64,000 nt of DNA from Parcubacteria bacterium C7867-001 (GCA_001189095.1 LFCK01000002.1:214320-278319), one strand, 5' to 3'. Positions 35,958-46,091 are shown, counted from the first letter of the stretch. Made by a program: numbers and translations. The notes: generated by a model from the letters alone, not told the origin.

Positions 35958-37448
35958 ATGGGGAAGGGTACGGGAAACAGGTCAGACAACGGAGGACCGC
36001 GAGAAGCGGTCTTGCGTTTTGAGGGTGTCTCCTTCTCTTACGGCCACAACTATCCAATCCTCGACGAGGTCGACTTTTCCCTTAAGCGAGGGGCGAAAGT
36101 AACCATCATGGGCCAGAATGGTGCTGGCAAATCGACCATTCTGAAACTCATTACCGGCGCACTCGAGCCTGAAGATGGAAAGATTCAAAAAGTCCACGGG
36201 CTTACGGTCGCGACAGCTCATCAGACAATTACCCCAAAAGAACGCGCGCTCACGGTGCGGGAGTTTTTTGCGTCCTGCTTCAGTGAAAAAGTGTATGACT
36301 TGGACCCGAGAATAGACTCCGTGCTGGAGATAGTGAATCTTCATGCCCCGAAAGACCGTTTGATACAGGATTTCTCTGGAGGTCAGCAGGCGCGTCTTCT
36401 TTTGGCGAGCGCGCTCATACAGGATCCCGATGTCTTGCTGCTCGACGAGCCGACCAACAACCTCGATCATGCGGGCATCGAGCATCTCACCACCTTCCTT
36501 AAGGACTATACGAAGACCTGTATGGTCATTTCCCATGACGCGGACTTTTTGAATTCGTTCACCAGCGGCGTGCTGTATCTCGATGTGCATACGCACAAGG
36601 TGGAGCAATATGTCGGAGACTATTTTGCGCTTCTTGCGGAAATCAGCGCTCGTATTGAACGGGAAAACCGGAAGAACGCGCAGCTCGCCAAGAAAATACA
36701 GGACAACAAAGACAAGGCGAACTTCTTCGCGCAGAAGGGAGGCAAGATGCGTCTTGTTGCTAAGAAGATGCGTACTGAAATCGAGGAAATGGAAGAGGAA
36801 AAGGTGGATGTCCGAAAGGAAGACAAGACCATTCGTCCATTCGTCATCCCCAGCCAGCCAGAGGTAACGGGGCCGCTTCTCACCATTAGCGCGCTTTCCA
36901 TAATGGATCCCAAGACCCACAAGCCGAAAAAGAAAACGGCGAATATCATCCTGAAGAAAAATACGCATCTTCTTCTCAAAGGCCCAAATGGCATAGGGAA
37001 GTCGACGCTACTCGAATCTCTTGCGAGCGGTGCTGCAGAAGGCGCGACCATCGCGTCGAATGTGCGTGTCGGGTATTACCGCCAAGACTTCTCGACACTT
37101 AATTTCGAGGAGACCATATACGAATCCTTGACGGACGCAATGGAAAAACCGGATGAGCAGAAAATGCGCGCGGTTGCAGCTTCCTTCCTCCTTACTGCCG
37201 ACCACCTCGGAAAGAAGATCGGCGTTCTCTCCGAGGGTCAGAAAGGACTTGTCGCGTTCGCGCGTCTCGTTCTCGAGCGGCCGGGGGTCCTCATACTCGA
37301 TGAACCAACGAACCACCTCAACTTCAGGCACCTTCCGGTCATTGCGAAGGCACTCGATCAGTACGAAGGCGCCATGGTGCTCGTCTCGCACGTACCGGAA
37401 TTCGTCGCGCAGGTGCGTATAGACGAGGTGCTTGACTTGGAGAAGTAG
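35958..37448 (+). CDS. ABC-F family ATPase
   Basis: Two NBDs (GQNGAGKS/FSGGQ/DEPTNNLD; GPNGIGKS/LSEGQ/DEPTNHL), no TM. Confidence 0.92.
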   Translation: MGKGTGNRSDNGGPREAVLRFEGVSFSYGHNYPILDEVDFSLKRGAKVTIMGQNGAGKSTILKLITGALEPEDGKIQKVHGLTVATAHQTITPKERALTVREFFASCFSEKVYDLDPRIDSVLEIVNLHAPKDRLIQDFSGGQQARLLLASALIQDPDVLLLDEPTNNLDHAGIEHLTTFLKDYTKTCMVISHDADFLNSFTSGVLYLDVHTHKVEQYVGDYFALLAEISARIERENRKNAQLAKKIQDNKDKANFFAQKGGKMRLVAKKMRTEIEEMEEEKVDVRKEDKTIRPFVIPSQPEVTGPLLTISALSIMDPKTHKPKKKTANIILKKNTHLLLKGPNGIGKSTLLESLASGAAEGATIASNVRVGYYRQDFSTLNFEETIYESLTDAMEKPDEQKMRAVAASFLLTADHLGKKIGVLSEGQKGLVAFARLVLERPGVLILDEPTNHLNFRHLPVIAKALDQYEGAMVLVSHVPEFVAQVRIDEVLDLEK

Positions 37449-37502
37449 GGATTCGCATTTTCCTCCGGTACACACACGAAGGAAAACCGCTATACTTCCT
37501 CT

Positions 37503-37979
37503 ATGACTCTCAAAGATATCTTTCGTCTACTCGTATCCCTCGGCATACCACAGATTGCAGGAGGAGTGGGTGCGATTTTTTCTGTGGCAGCAATACCTTC
37601 GTGGTACGCCTCGCTCGTTCGACCCTCTCTTGCTCCGCCAAATTGGGTATTCGGTCCCGTGTGGACGACGCTCTTTCTTCTCATGGGCATAGCGTTGTTT
37701 CTGGTGTGGCGAAAAGGAATCAATGTGTTAGGGGGCAAGACGGCGCTTGTGTGGTTCTCAGTACAACTGGCACTTAACGTTCTCTGGTCGTTCCTCTTCT
37801 TTGGACTAAAAAGTCCGAGCTTCGCACTTATTGAAATCGCGATTCTCTGGGTTTCTATCATGGCGACAATTTTGGCCTTCAACAAGATTTCGCGGATCGC
37901 AGCGCTCCTCCTTCTCCCGTACCTTCTGTGGACTTCGTTTGCTGCGTATCTCAACGCTCTGTTCTTCGTTCTCAACTAG
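37503..37979 (+). CDS. tspO: TspO/MBR family protein (second paralog)
   Basis: WYASL.RPSLAPPNWVFGPVWT...QLALNVLWSFLFFG...LPYLLWTSFA. Confidence 0.92.
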   Translation: MTLKDIFRLLVSLGIPQIAGGVGAIFSVAAIPSWYASLVRPSLAPPNWVFGPVWTTLFLLMGIALFLVWRKGINVLGGKTALVWFSVQLALNVLWSFLFFGLKSPSFALIEIAILWVSIMATILAFNKISRIAALLLLPYLLWTSFAAYLNALFFVLN

Positions 37980-37997
37980 GAACTTCCGGTCATTGCT

Positions 37998-38198
37998 ATG
38001 AAAACCTATTCCCGACAATTCAAGAACGAGCACGGTGACACCGTAACCATCCGCACGAATGAAGAAACTCGGTATGGCATAGACGGGGTACAGGTCCTTG
38101 TCGGCGGCGCGGAAGGGGATACCGAGTTTTTCGTTACCAAACAGGAAGCCGTTGAGCTCTACGAAGCGCTCGGAGCCATTTTAAAGCGCGGACGCTAA
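37998..38198 (+). CDS. Small hypothetical protein
   Basis: 66-aa ORF in operon position after tspO. Confidence 0.55.
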   Translation: MKTYSRQFKNEHGDTVTIRTNEETRYGIDGVQVLVGGAEGDTEFFVTKQEAVELYEALGAILKRGR

Positions 38199-38291
38199 CG
38201 CACCGGTGGGCGCTTGCGCTCCCTCACGAGAGGAGTATCGTCGGTACTAGAATATCCAGTCGGATACTCGTAGCAGGAAGGAGACGCCGTC

Positions 38292-39338
38292 ATGGCGATC
38301 AAGTACCAGCTCGAGGACCTCTTGGTCCAACTTCACCGAACAACGCCGGCGAAAGTCGACGCAATACGCGAGAGTTGCCGGCGCTCAGAAAACGGCCTTC
38401 TCTCGGTGGGTCTCAAGATCCACTATCTGGGAGAGGGTGCGGAATTTGACCCCCTCATCGATGCTCTTGGTGGGGCAGAAGAGATCCTCGTGAATCACTA
38501 TCGAAACACGAAGGCCACGCTCTGCTTCGTACTCCCTCCCGTAGGGAACGCGCATGCAGCGATTTGGCTCTTGCAGTGCATCGAGCGTTCCGTTGGTATC
38601 GCTCTTTTCAACAACCCGCAGATCCAGATTCAAGTCTGTACTCCGGGAAGAATCGATAAGGAAAACTCCGCGATACTTGCGATGTGCTTCTACCTCGGGT
38701 CAGACGTGCTTCGGCGCTACAACCTGAACGACTTCGAAACGACGTTTACAACGTATGTCACCCATCCGATGTTCGGTGGACCAACGGATCTTTCTCGAGG
38801 AATGCGCATTGTGCTCTACGATGCGTATGGTGACTTCGATAAGAACTTTGAGTGGTGGAAAATAGCAGGACGCGCTCGCGCTCTCGAAATTGCACCGCAG
38901 CTCCCGTTCGACTTCGGACGGAGCGACGTTCTTACCGCAACAAGCCCAGTCGATGTTCGCAACATCAATCTGGTCGCGACGCTCCTTGTACACGCCACGT
39001 TTGGCGGGTACTGGGAGAAGCTCGGCAAGAAGTTCGTAAAGGACTTCAAGGAGCTGCTCGATCGTCACATGCTCACAGCGCTCCTTGGAGCACCGTGGTT
39101 ACGGACCGACGAACCTGAAACGTTCGACAACGACGCGTTCTACGCCGCGCTCCAAGAGCTCACGGCGTACGCGCTCGGCGAAGCCGAACGTCTCAAGAAG
39201 TTGCAGCGTCGTTTCTTCGCGTGGAGAAACAGCGAGCCGGATACGAGCATCCTCGAAGAGGTGCACGACCTGCTCGCTGCGTATCGAAAAGTAATGCGTA
39301 CGGAAGCCCTGCGCTTCATCGGAGAGGAGAAGAAATGA
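38292..39338 (+). CDS. Hypothetical protein (348 aa)
   Basis: SD AAGGAG; long ORF; no firmly recognised family. Confidence 0.8.
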   Translation: MAIKYQLEDLLVQLHRTTPAKVDAIRESCRRSENGLLSVGLKIHYLGEGAEFDPLIDALGGAEEILVNHYRNTKATLCFVLPPVGNAHAAIWLLQCIERSVGIALFNNPQIQIQVCTPGRIDKENSAILAMCFYLGSDVLRRYNLNDFETTFTTYVTHPMFGGPTDLSRGMRIVLYDAYGDFDKNFEWWKIAGRARALEIAPQLPFDFGRSDVLTATSPVDVRNINLVATLLVHATFGGYWEKLGKKFVKDFKELLDRHMLTALLGAPWLRTDEPETFDNDAFYAALQELTAYALGEAERLKKLQRRFFAWRNSEPDTSILEEVHDLLAAYRKVMRTEALRFIGEEKK

Positions 39339-39475
39339 AAACTGCACACCAACCCGGCTCGCAACCGCTTGAGATTCCGGAGAGCATCCCGAATCCGGCT
39401 CACGAGCCACGGACCCTCCCGACACCGACGACTAAACCGGTCAAAGCACCGGAAAAGGTTCCGGAGAAAGTCTAA
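39335..39475 (+). CDS. 46-aa Pro/Glu/Lys-rich peptide, translationally coupled to the upstream gene
   Basis: ATGA overlap, SD GAGGAG; MKTAHQPGSQPLEIPESIP...KAPEKVPEKV; hairpin follows. Confidence 0.6.
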   Translation: MKTAHQPGSQPLEIPESIPNPAHEPRTLPTPTTKPVKAPEKVPEKV

Positions 39476-39522
39476 GAGTGCCGCCGCCCCGTTTCGGGGC
39501 GGCGTTTTGTTACACTAGTGTA

Positions 39523-39807
39523 ATGAAAGCTAAGACAAGGAGTGCGGTCCGGACATTTACCGATATTCCGAATATCGGACCAGCAATCGCAAAAGATTTC
39601 GTACAGATTGGCATCAAAGACCCAGTGGGTTTACAAGGGAAGGACGCGTTCACGCTCTACAAGAAATTGTGCACGAAGACCGGAACCCGTCACGATCCGT
39701 GCGTTCTCGACACTTTCATGGCCGCAGTCGATTTTATGGATGGCGCACCGGCGCGTCCATGGTGGCACTACACACAGGAGCGCAAGAAGCGCTTTCCGAA
39801 TATATAG
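39523..39807 (+). CDS. Helix-hairpin-helix protein (Cdd1/mitomycin-resistance-like)
   Basis: DIPNIGPAIA.DF..IGI...LY..LC...HDPCVLDTF.AAV...PWW. Confidence 0.85.
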   Translation: MKAKTRSAVRTFTDIPNIGPAIAKDFVQIGIKDPVGLQGKDAFTLYKKLCTKTGTRHDPCVLDTFMAAVDFMDGAPARPWWHYTQERKKRFPNI

Positions 39808-39824
39808 CGAGCTATACTTGCGGT

Positions 39825-40541
39825 ATGGACGAAGTAGAAATGCTGCGCAAAGAGCTCGCTGAGAATGCGAGCGAATCGAAAATGAACTGGCTGCGCGCCG
39901 CGGTTCTTGGTGCAAATGACGGCATCGTTTCGGTTGCTGCGCTCGTGGTCGGCGTTGCGGGAGCCTCGACCGATTCTTTTACGCTTCTCATCACCGGTGT
40001 TGCAGGTCTACTCTCCGGCGCTCTCTCGATGGCGGTCGGCGAATATATTTCCGTCTCAAGCCAGCGCGATACAGAGAAGGCGATGCTCGCGAAAGAGCTC
40101 GTTGAGCTTCGGAAGCAGCCGGACGCGGAGTTGAGTGAGCTCGCGCTTATTTATGAACGTAAAGGTCTTTCGAAAGAGACTGCGCGCACGGTTGCGGAGG
40201 AGCTTTCTCGTAAAGACGCCTTTGCTGCGCATGTCGACGCGGAACTCCACATCGATCCGAACAATCTTGTGAGTCCGATACAAGCCGCATTCGCTTCCGC
40301 TGTTTCTTTCACGATTGGCGCACTTATTCCAGTACTTGCCATTACGCTTCCGCCTGAAGCACTACGCGTTCCAGCGACGTTCGCTGCAGTACTCGTCGCG
40401 CTTGTTGTCACGGGCATTTTGAGCGCGAAGGTGAGCGGAACGAAAACGCTCCCTGTTACGGTGCGCGTTGTCTGCGGCGGTGCGCTCGCGATGGTTATCA
40501 CCTTCGGTATCGGCATGCTTTTTGGTGTTGCGGCGATTTAA
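39825..40541 (+). CDS. VIT1/CCC1 family Fe/Mn transporter
   Basis: WLRAAVLGANDGIVS, GALSMAVGEYISVSSQRD. Confidence 0.93.
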   Translation: MDEVEMLRKELAENASESKMNWLRAAVLGANDGIVSVAALVVGVAGASTDSFTLLITGVAGLLSGALSMAVGEYISVSSQRDTEKAMLAKELVELRKQPDAELSELALIYERKGLSKETARTVAEELSRKDAFAAHVDAELHIDPNNLVSPIQAAFASAVSFTIGALIPVLAITLPPEALRVPATFAAVLVALVVTGILSAKVSGTKTLPVTVRVVCGGALAMVITFGIGMLFGVAAI

Positions 40542-40558
40542 TTTGGTAGAATGCACGT

Positions 40559-40849
40559 ATGGGACTGAACTCTGCTCCGCATGGTTCGAATGAAAAGTTC
40601 GCTTCTCGCGAACGTGTCTTGGCGCGCAACACCTTTCAGATAGAGCTCGCGCAGCGGTACTTCGGCATCATGGGCGATACCGCAATGTTTTCATGGACCG
40701 ACGGGGGAGATAATTCTCTCGCTGCTCGTTTTGCAAAATACGAAGAAACACATGAGATAAATTACTCAAAACTCTCGTCGGAAGAGCTGGATGCGGTCAT
40801 TAAGGATATGGGTCTTGAGTCCTCACTTCGCAACGAAATCGTACACTAA
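40559..40849 (+). CDS. Hypothetical protein
   Basis: TAGAAT 6 nt upstream of ATG. Confidence 0.55.
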   Translation: MGLNSAPHGSNEKFASRERVLARNTFQIELAQRYFGIMGDTAMFSWTDGGDNSLAARFAKYEETHEINYSKLSSEELDAVIKDMGLESSLRNEIVH

Positions 40850-40883
40850 CTCCTCTCTACGGCTGTGCTAAAATGCCGCTACC

Positions 40884-41996
40884 GTGACCCTCTCCAAGGA
40901 CTCAAATAGCGAACATTCCGGAACTCGAAAGCGCCTTATCGGTGGCGCTCTTATTGTTTCGGGCCTCATCCTCGCCTTTTGGTTCGGCGGCATTCCTTCA
41001 AAATACGATCGGGCTGAAGCGGAAGGGAAGAAGCCTCTCGAAAAACTGGTCGATGCAATTTTGCCTGAACCGAAGCTTGATACGGCAGACTATGACAAAC
41101 GTATGCTCGCGCTCGCGCATGTGGTTCCGGCAACCACGACCAGCACTTCAACCGCAACCACCACCAAGAAGAGCCTCTGGCCGGCGAAGACGGTATATCC
41201 GAACGCAGGCGCACTCCTTCCGTTTAACCGTATCCTCGCATATTACGGAAACTTCTATTCAAAAGGCATGGGGGTGCTTGGCGAATATCCGGAAGACGTG
41301 ATGATTGCAAAACTCCTTGCCGAGAAGAAGAATTGGGAAGCTGCGGACCCTTCGACTCCCGTCATTCCCGCCATTCACTACATCGTCGTAACGGCACAGG
41401 GAAGTGCTGGCAAGGACGGAAAGTATCGTCTGCGCATGCCGGATGATCAAATCGATAAGGCGCTCGCTGTTGCCGAAAAAGTACACGGCGTCGTTTTCAT
41501 CGACTTCCAAGTTGCTCTCTCGAACTTGCAGACGGAGCTTCCGATCTACGAGGAATATTTGAAGAAACCAAACGTACATCTCGGCGTCGACCCTGAGTTT
41601 GCGATGCAGCCTTCCGGTAAGAAGCCGGGGACGGTCATCGGCACGATGGATGCGACCGACATAAACTTCGCTGCGAGCTATCTCGCAAAGCTGGTACAAG
41701 ACAACAAGCTTCCGCCGAAAGTGCTCGTCATTCACCGCTTCACCAAGGGTATGGTAACGAATTACCAAGCTATTAAACCGCTTCCCGAGGTGCAGATAGT
41801 GATAGATATGGACGGCTGGGGCTTCGGCGCCAAGAAAATTAATACCTACAACACGGTGATTACTCCCGAGCCGGTGCAGTTCGCAGGTTTCAAGCTGTTT
41901 TACAAGAATGACCTCAAAGCGCCTTCGACCCGCTTGCTTACACCGGCTGAAGTTCTCAAGCTCACGCCTGCGCCGATTTACATCCAGTATCAATAG
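40884..41996 (+). CDS. Membrane-anchored extracytoplasmic protein (possible glycoside-hydrolase-like domain)
   Basis: TM, Thr-rich linker, YYGN...GVLGEY, HLGVDPEF, IHRF, DMDGWG, GFKLFY. Confidence 0.75.
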   Translation: MTLSKDSNSEHSGTRKRLIGGALIVSGLILAFWFGGIPSKYDRAEAEGKKPLEKLVDAILPEPKLDTADYDKRMLALAHVVPATTTSTSTATTTKKSLWPAKTVYPNAGALLPFNRILAYYGNFYSKGMGVLGEYPEDVMIAKLLAEKKNWEAADPSTPVIPAIHYIVVTAQGSAGKDGKYRLRMPDDQIDKALAVAEKVHGVVFIDFQVALSNLQTELPIYEEYLKKPNVHLGVDPEFAMQPSGKKPGTVIGTMDATDINFAASYLAKLVQDNKLPPKVLVIHRFTKGMVTNYQAIKPLPEVQIVIDMDGWGFGAKKINTYNTVITPEPVQFAGFKLFYKNDLKAPSTRLLTPAEVLKLTPAPIYIQYQ

Positions 41997-42002
41997 CGAC
42001 GT

Positions 42003-42608
42003 ATGTCATACCGGAACCTCCGAAAGCTTCTTCTCGCGCTCGGATTCCTCGTCGTATTTGTCTATGCGGCTTACACGGGCGCTGACCTCCCGAAGAATGG
42101 ACAGTACGTCGACCGTCTCTCGGGGAAAGCCGTTCCCATAGACCCTTCTGTCACCTTTGAATACGGAAAGCCTATTCAGATCGCCTATGTGGTAGACGGC
42201 GATACGGCGCAGCTCATAAACGGCGAATACGTTCGCTACATCGGCATCGATACGCCGGAAGAGTTCGATCCACGAAAGCCCGAACAGTGCTATGCGAAAG
42301 AGGCGGCCGCTGAAAATCGAAAACTCGTGCAAGGACAGTATGTCGTCATACAAAAAGAGATTACCGAGCGCGATAAATATGGCCGCATCCTTGGCTACCT
42401 CTACCTTTCCGACGGAACCTTTGTGAATAAAAAGCTCGTCGAGGACGGGTTTGCGTTCGCCTACCCTTACAAACCAGACACCGCGAAAGCGGACGAGTTC
42501 GCCGCCGCCGAAGTGGCGGCGAAAGAAGCAAAGCACGGTCTCTGGAGTGTCTGTACGACCTATAGACTCTCAGGCGGAAGGGAACAAACCAATGATCTCG
42601 GGCGTTAA
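42003..42608 (+). CDS. Thermonuclease (SNase) family protein
   Basis: VVDGDT, VRYIGIDTPE, DKYGRILGY, GLW. Confidence 0.92.
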   Translation: MSYRNLRKLLLALGFLVVFVYAAYTGADLPKNGQYVDRLSGKAVPIDPSVTFEYGKPIQIAYVVDGDTAQLINGEYVRYIGIDTPEEFDPRKPEQCYAKEAAAENRKLVQGQYVVIQKEITERDKYGRILGYLYLSDGTFVNKKLVEDGFAFAYPYKPDTAKADEFAAAEVAAKEAKHGLWSVCTTYRLSGGREQTNDLGR

Positions 42609-43204
42609 GCTTTAGGCAACGTCCGAAATGTTATTGAGTAGCGGAGCTCAGAAACTTTCGGAACCGAATGCTGAAAGTCCCAACGGCTTTCATGCTGCAT
42701 GAGATACGCCGAGCGCGGCGCGACCTCCACTTCCTGTATGTCGCGCGTCATCCGTTTGCGACGCATGCGTGACCATGTCGGACGCAGACGAAGGCGGCAC
42801 CAGCCGGAAAGCGATATGCCGATGATGGAGTCGAAACTCTCGTTGTCTCGGTGCCAGCCTATCGCCGCACCCTTAGGATATTCGGTGATGAGTGCTTCGA
42901 CGACAGCCGATTTTGGAATATCAAGCCATTTTGCGATCTTATTCGCGCAGGGGATCAAGAACGGAGGCAGAGGCGGACCCTTCACCAGCTTCGCTTTCGC
43001 GAAGTCGTAGCTCCAGCCGAAATTCATAACGCGCCGCTTCGCCGCGTAGCCTTCCTGCATTGGGTGGGTGAGCGGTAAGTCCTCGATGTAGCCGATAAGC
43101 TCCCGCTCCTCTTCTTCAGTGAGGAAATTGGCGCGATAGACGAAGCCGTTCGGGAGTACTGCGCCCGAGTCAAAAAGTTTCTGCTGCCCCTGCACACCCT
43201 TCAT
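42605..43204 (-). CDS. AlkB-family 2OG-Fe(II) dioxygenase
   Basis: IGWHRD, ISLSG, FQHSV, RYSITFR. Confidence 0.9.
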   Translation of the reverse strand: MKGVQGQQKLFDSGAVLPNGFVYRANFLTEEEERELIGYIEDLPLTHPMQEGYAAKRRVMNFGWSYDFAKAKLVKGPPLPPFLIPCANKIAKWLDIPKSAVVEALITEYPKGAAIGWHRDNESFDSIIGISLSGWCRLRLRPTWSRMRRKRMTRDIQEVEVAPRSAYLMQHESRWDFQHSVPKVSELRYSITFRTLPKA

Positions 43205-43249
43205 TCCTACGAGTGTAGGGAAGGGAAAACTATCCCCATATACACATGT

Positions 43250-44254
43250 TCATTTCGAGAGATAGGTCAGGATATCAGCGTAGAGCGCACGGGTTCGCTC
43301 TCTCGTTTTCTTCCCAAGTGCTGCATAGTGGTCGAGTCCCGGTGAGGCGTTTATTTCGAGGATGCGGAAACGTTTCGGCACAGTCGAAAGGTCATCTATC
43401 GAAAGCACGTCGATGCCCGCAAGTGTGAGATTCATGTCGCGAGCCAGCGCAACAGCGAGCTTCTTCCACGCTGGATGGACCGTGTCGGTTACGTCAACGC
43501 CGGTACCTCCACTCGAGAGATTCGCAATATTGAGCACGAGTACCTCAGTTCCTTTCGGTGGAACCGAGCGCAAGGTGTATCCGCCGCGCGAAAGGCATTC
43601 GCGTATGCGAGGGTCGTGAATATCGATAGTGAGCCGTTCTGTTTTCTTGTGTCCTTGTATCGCGGCTTTAATAAGCGAACGCAACGATGATTTTCCGTCA
43701 CCGATAACGGAGAAAGGTCGGCGTTCGTACGCACACACGAATTTCCCGTTGAACACGACGATACGATAATCCCTCCCAGCAACGGGCTTTTGGACGAGCG
43801 CAACGCGGTCATGTAAAAAAACATCCGTGAGTGCGCGATCGAATTCTTGCTTCGTGCGCACGAGCGCGGTACTTCTTCCTTGGCTGCCGCTATTTGGCTT
43901 CACGAAAACCGGAAATCCGAGGGTTCGTGCGTAGACGTATGCCGCTTTCGAGCTCTGTTTCGAGCCGATGGTTTTTGCCCAGAGAGGAGAATAGAAGGCT
44001 TTGCCAGAGACGGTTGGGTACCCCATCTTTTTCATAAAGAAGTTCGCGTAATCTTTGTCTTTTGCGATTTCAGCTGCCGCTTGGGTATTCACGTCGAGGC
44101 TCGAGTAGCGGAGGTAGCGCTTTCCGCGAGGAACCTCGAGCTGCACCACGATTCCCCAGTCTGGCTCGACAAGAACCTTAAGTCCGCGTTTTTTGGCTTC
44201 CGCGCGCAAGAGGCGGCTCGCTAGTGGGGGTTGTTTCCGCTCGTGTGTTTGCAT
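43250..44254 (-). CDS. Stand-alone ATP-grasp ligase (cyanophycin synthetase/GshAB-like ATP-grasp domain)
   Basis: AKDKD, FVKPNSGSQG, DYRIVV, ANLSSGG...DVTD, AGIDVL, LEINASPG. Confidence 0.85.
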   Translation of the reverse strand: MQTHERKQPPLASRLLRAEAKKRGLKVLVEPDWGIVVQLEVPRGKRYLRYSSLDVNTQAAAEIAKDKDYANFFMKKMGYPTVSGKAFYSPLWAKTIGSKQSSKAAYVYARTLGFPVFVKPNSGSQGRSTALVRTKQEFDRALTDVFLHDRVALVQKPVAGRDYRIVVFNGKFVCAYERRPFSVIGDGKSSLRSLIKAAIQGHKKTERLTIDIHDPRIRECLSRGGYTLRSVPPKGTEVLVLNIANLSSGGTGVDVTDTVHPAWKKLAVALARDMNLTLAGIDVLSIDDLSTVPKRFRILEINASPGLDHYAALGKKTRERTRALYADILTYLSK

Positions 44255-44338
44255 AGTGACACGAGTATACCCCGTAGCGGGGAAATGCAAGGAGAAGCCT
44301 TGTTTGGCCGCTCGCTCGCTCGGGGTATACTCTCATTC

Positions 44339-45331
44339 ATGAAACTTTTTCTTTTTCCCGTCATTATTTCGATACTTACTCTTGCCGCGGTGGCGGTTTG
44401 GGGCGGGCCGGAGGCGCTCATTCTCGCGAGCATCCTCGTCGTCCTTGAAGTAACCCTCTCGTTCGATAACGCGGTCGTGAACGCGAAGGTGCTCATGAAC
44501 ATGACTCATGAGTGGCAGCGTCGCTTCCTCACATGGGGTATTCTTTTCGCCGTCTTCTTCACGCGTCTCGTGCTTCCGATTCTTATTGTGAGCGTCAGCG
44601 TCTGGCGTTCGCCGCTCGACGTTCTCAATCTCGCCGCATTCTTTCCGAACGAATATGCGGTGCTTCTCGACCATGCACACGCGGGTGTGAGCGCCTTCGG
44701 TGCCGCCTTCCTCCTCATGGTGTCGCTTAAATATTTCCTCGACAGCAGCAAGACCCTCCACTGGTTCAAGGCCCTTGAACGCGGTCTTTCCTCGTGGGGC
44801 CGTGTCGAGGCAGTCGAAATCGGTATTTCACTCGTCACGGTCCTCGGCTTCTCGTTCTTCGTTCCGCACGAGGAGCAGTCAGTGGTGCTCATTGCAGGAT
44901 TGGTCGGCATCATCCTCTTCATCTTCATGCGCGGTCTTGCAGGTTCGTATTCCGAGCAAATGACGCAAGGGGCAGCGAAAGGATTCGCTCTTTTCATGTA
45001 TCTCAACATCCTTGATACTGCCTTCTCGCTCGACAGTGTGGTGGGTGCATTCGCACTTACGACCCAGATCCCGATCATTGTCGCTGGTCTCGGTATCGGT
45101 GCTATTTTCGTGCGTACGCTTACCGTTTACCTCGTTGAACACAAGGCGCTTGCAGCCCTTATCTACCTTGAACATGGTGCGCACTGGGCTATTCTCGGCC
45201 TTGCGGTAAGTATGTATGCGAGCCTGTTGTTCGAGATTCCGGAGGTCATTACGGGAGGAATCGGTGCCTTCTTCGTTATTGCGGCCTACCTTTCCTCTAT
45301 TCGCGTGCGCAAGAATCCCACGTCCCCGTAA
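44339..45331 (+). CDS. DUF475 / TerC-like integral membrane protein
   Basis: LEVTLSFDNAVVNA..L..M...W...FLTWGI; DTAFSLDSVVGAFA; YLEHGAHWAI. Confidence 0.9.
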   Translation: MKLFLFPVIISILTLAAVAVWGGPEALILASILVVLEVTLSFDNAVVNAKVLMNMTHEWQRRFLTWGILFAVFFTRLVLPILIVSVSVWRSPLDVLNLAAFFPNEYAVLLDHAHAGVSAFGAAFLLMVSLKYFLDSSKTLHWFKALERGLSSWGRVEAVEIGISLVTVLGFSFFVPHEEQSVVLIAGLVGIILFIFMRGLAGSYSEQMTQGAAKGFALFMYLNILDTAFSLDSVVGAFALTTQIPIIVAGLGIGAIFVRTLTVYLVEHKALAALIYLEHGAHWAILGLAVSMYASLLFEIPEVITGGIGAFFVIAAYLSSIRVRKNPTSP

Positions 45332-45400
45332 TCCCCGCTTTACGAAGGGGTAGGGGTGCGTACAATAGATCCGTTAGCAGCATCTAATTTTCTTCTTCGT

Positions 45401-46084
45401 ATGCGAATTGTATATATAGTCATTGCGCTCGCGGCGCTCGGTCTCATCGGCTGGCTCGTGCTTGGTGGTGCAAAATCAGCCACGGGAACCCCGACCGCTG
45501 AAAATCTTACCGGAACCACGACGGCACCAGTCGAGGGAACGACGTATCAGATAGATCCGTCTGCAAGCACCGTAACGTTTGCGGGCAGCAAACCTCTTAT
45601 TCCAAATTACGTTGATACCGGAACTATTGGCATCAAGAGCGGCACGCTTTCAGTGAATGGGGCAACCGGCACCGGTTCGGTGGTCATCGATATGGCTACG
45701 GTAAAAGTCGGTATGACCGGTAAGGGTACCGGTCCTGCAGACTCGCTTACCGAGCACCTCAAGAAGTCTGACTTCTTCGACATTGCGACGTATCCGACGG
45801 CGACCTTCACCATTTCGAATGTTGCAGCGCGTGCAGATAGCGGAACAACTTCGCTGTATGACGTGACGGGAACACTCACCATGAAAGGTAAGACGAATGA
45901 GGTAACCTTCCCCGCGAAGATTTATCTTCAAGATGGAAAACTTCACGCGGACGCCTCGGTCACCATTGATCGCACGAAGTGGGGAATCACCTTCGGCTCA
46001 AAGGATTTCGTTGCGAACATTGGCAATAACGCCATTAGCAACGACGTGAAGCTTACGCTCAACATCGTCGCAAATCCGCAGTAA
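45401..46084 (+). CDS. YceI-like lipid/polyisoprenoid-binding protein
   Basis: YQIDPSASTVTF, HLKKSDFFDIATYPTATF, GTLTMKG, IDRTKWGI. Confidence 0.9.
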   Translation: MRIVYIVIALAALGLIGWLVLGGAKSATGTPTAENLTGTTTAPVEGTTYQIDPSASTVTFAGSKPLIPNYVDTGTIGIKSGTLSVNGATGTGSVVIDMATVKVGMTGKGTGPADSLTEHLKKSDFFDIATYPTATFTISNVAARADSGTTSLYDVTGTLTMKGKTNEVTFPAKIYLQDGKLHADASVTIDRTKWGITFGSKDFVANIGNNAISNDVKLTLNIVANPQ

Positions 46085-46091
46085 CGGCTAT

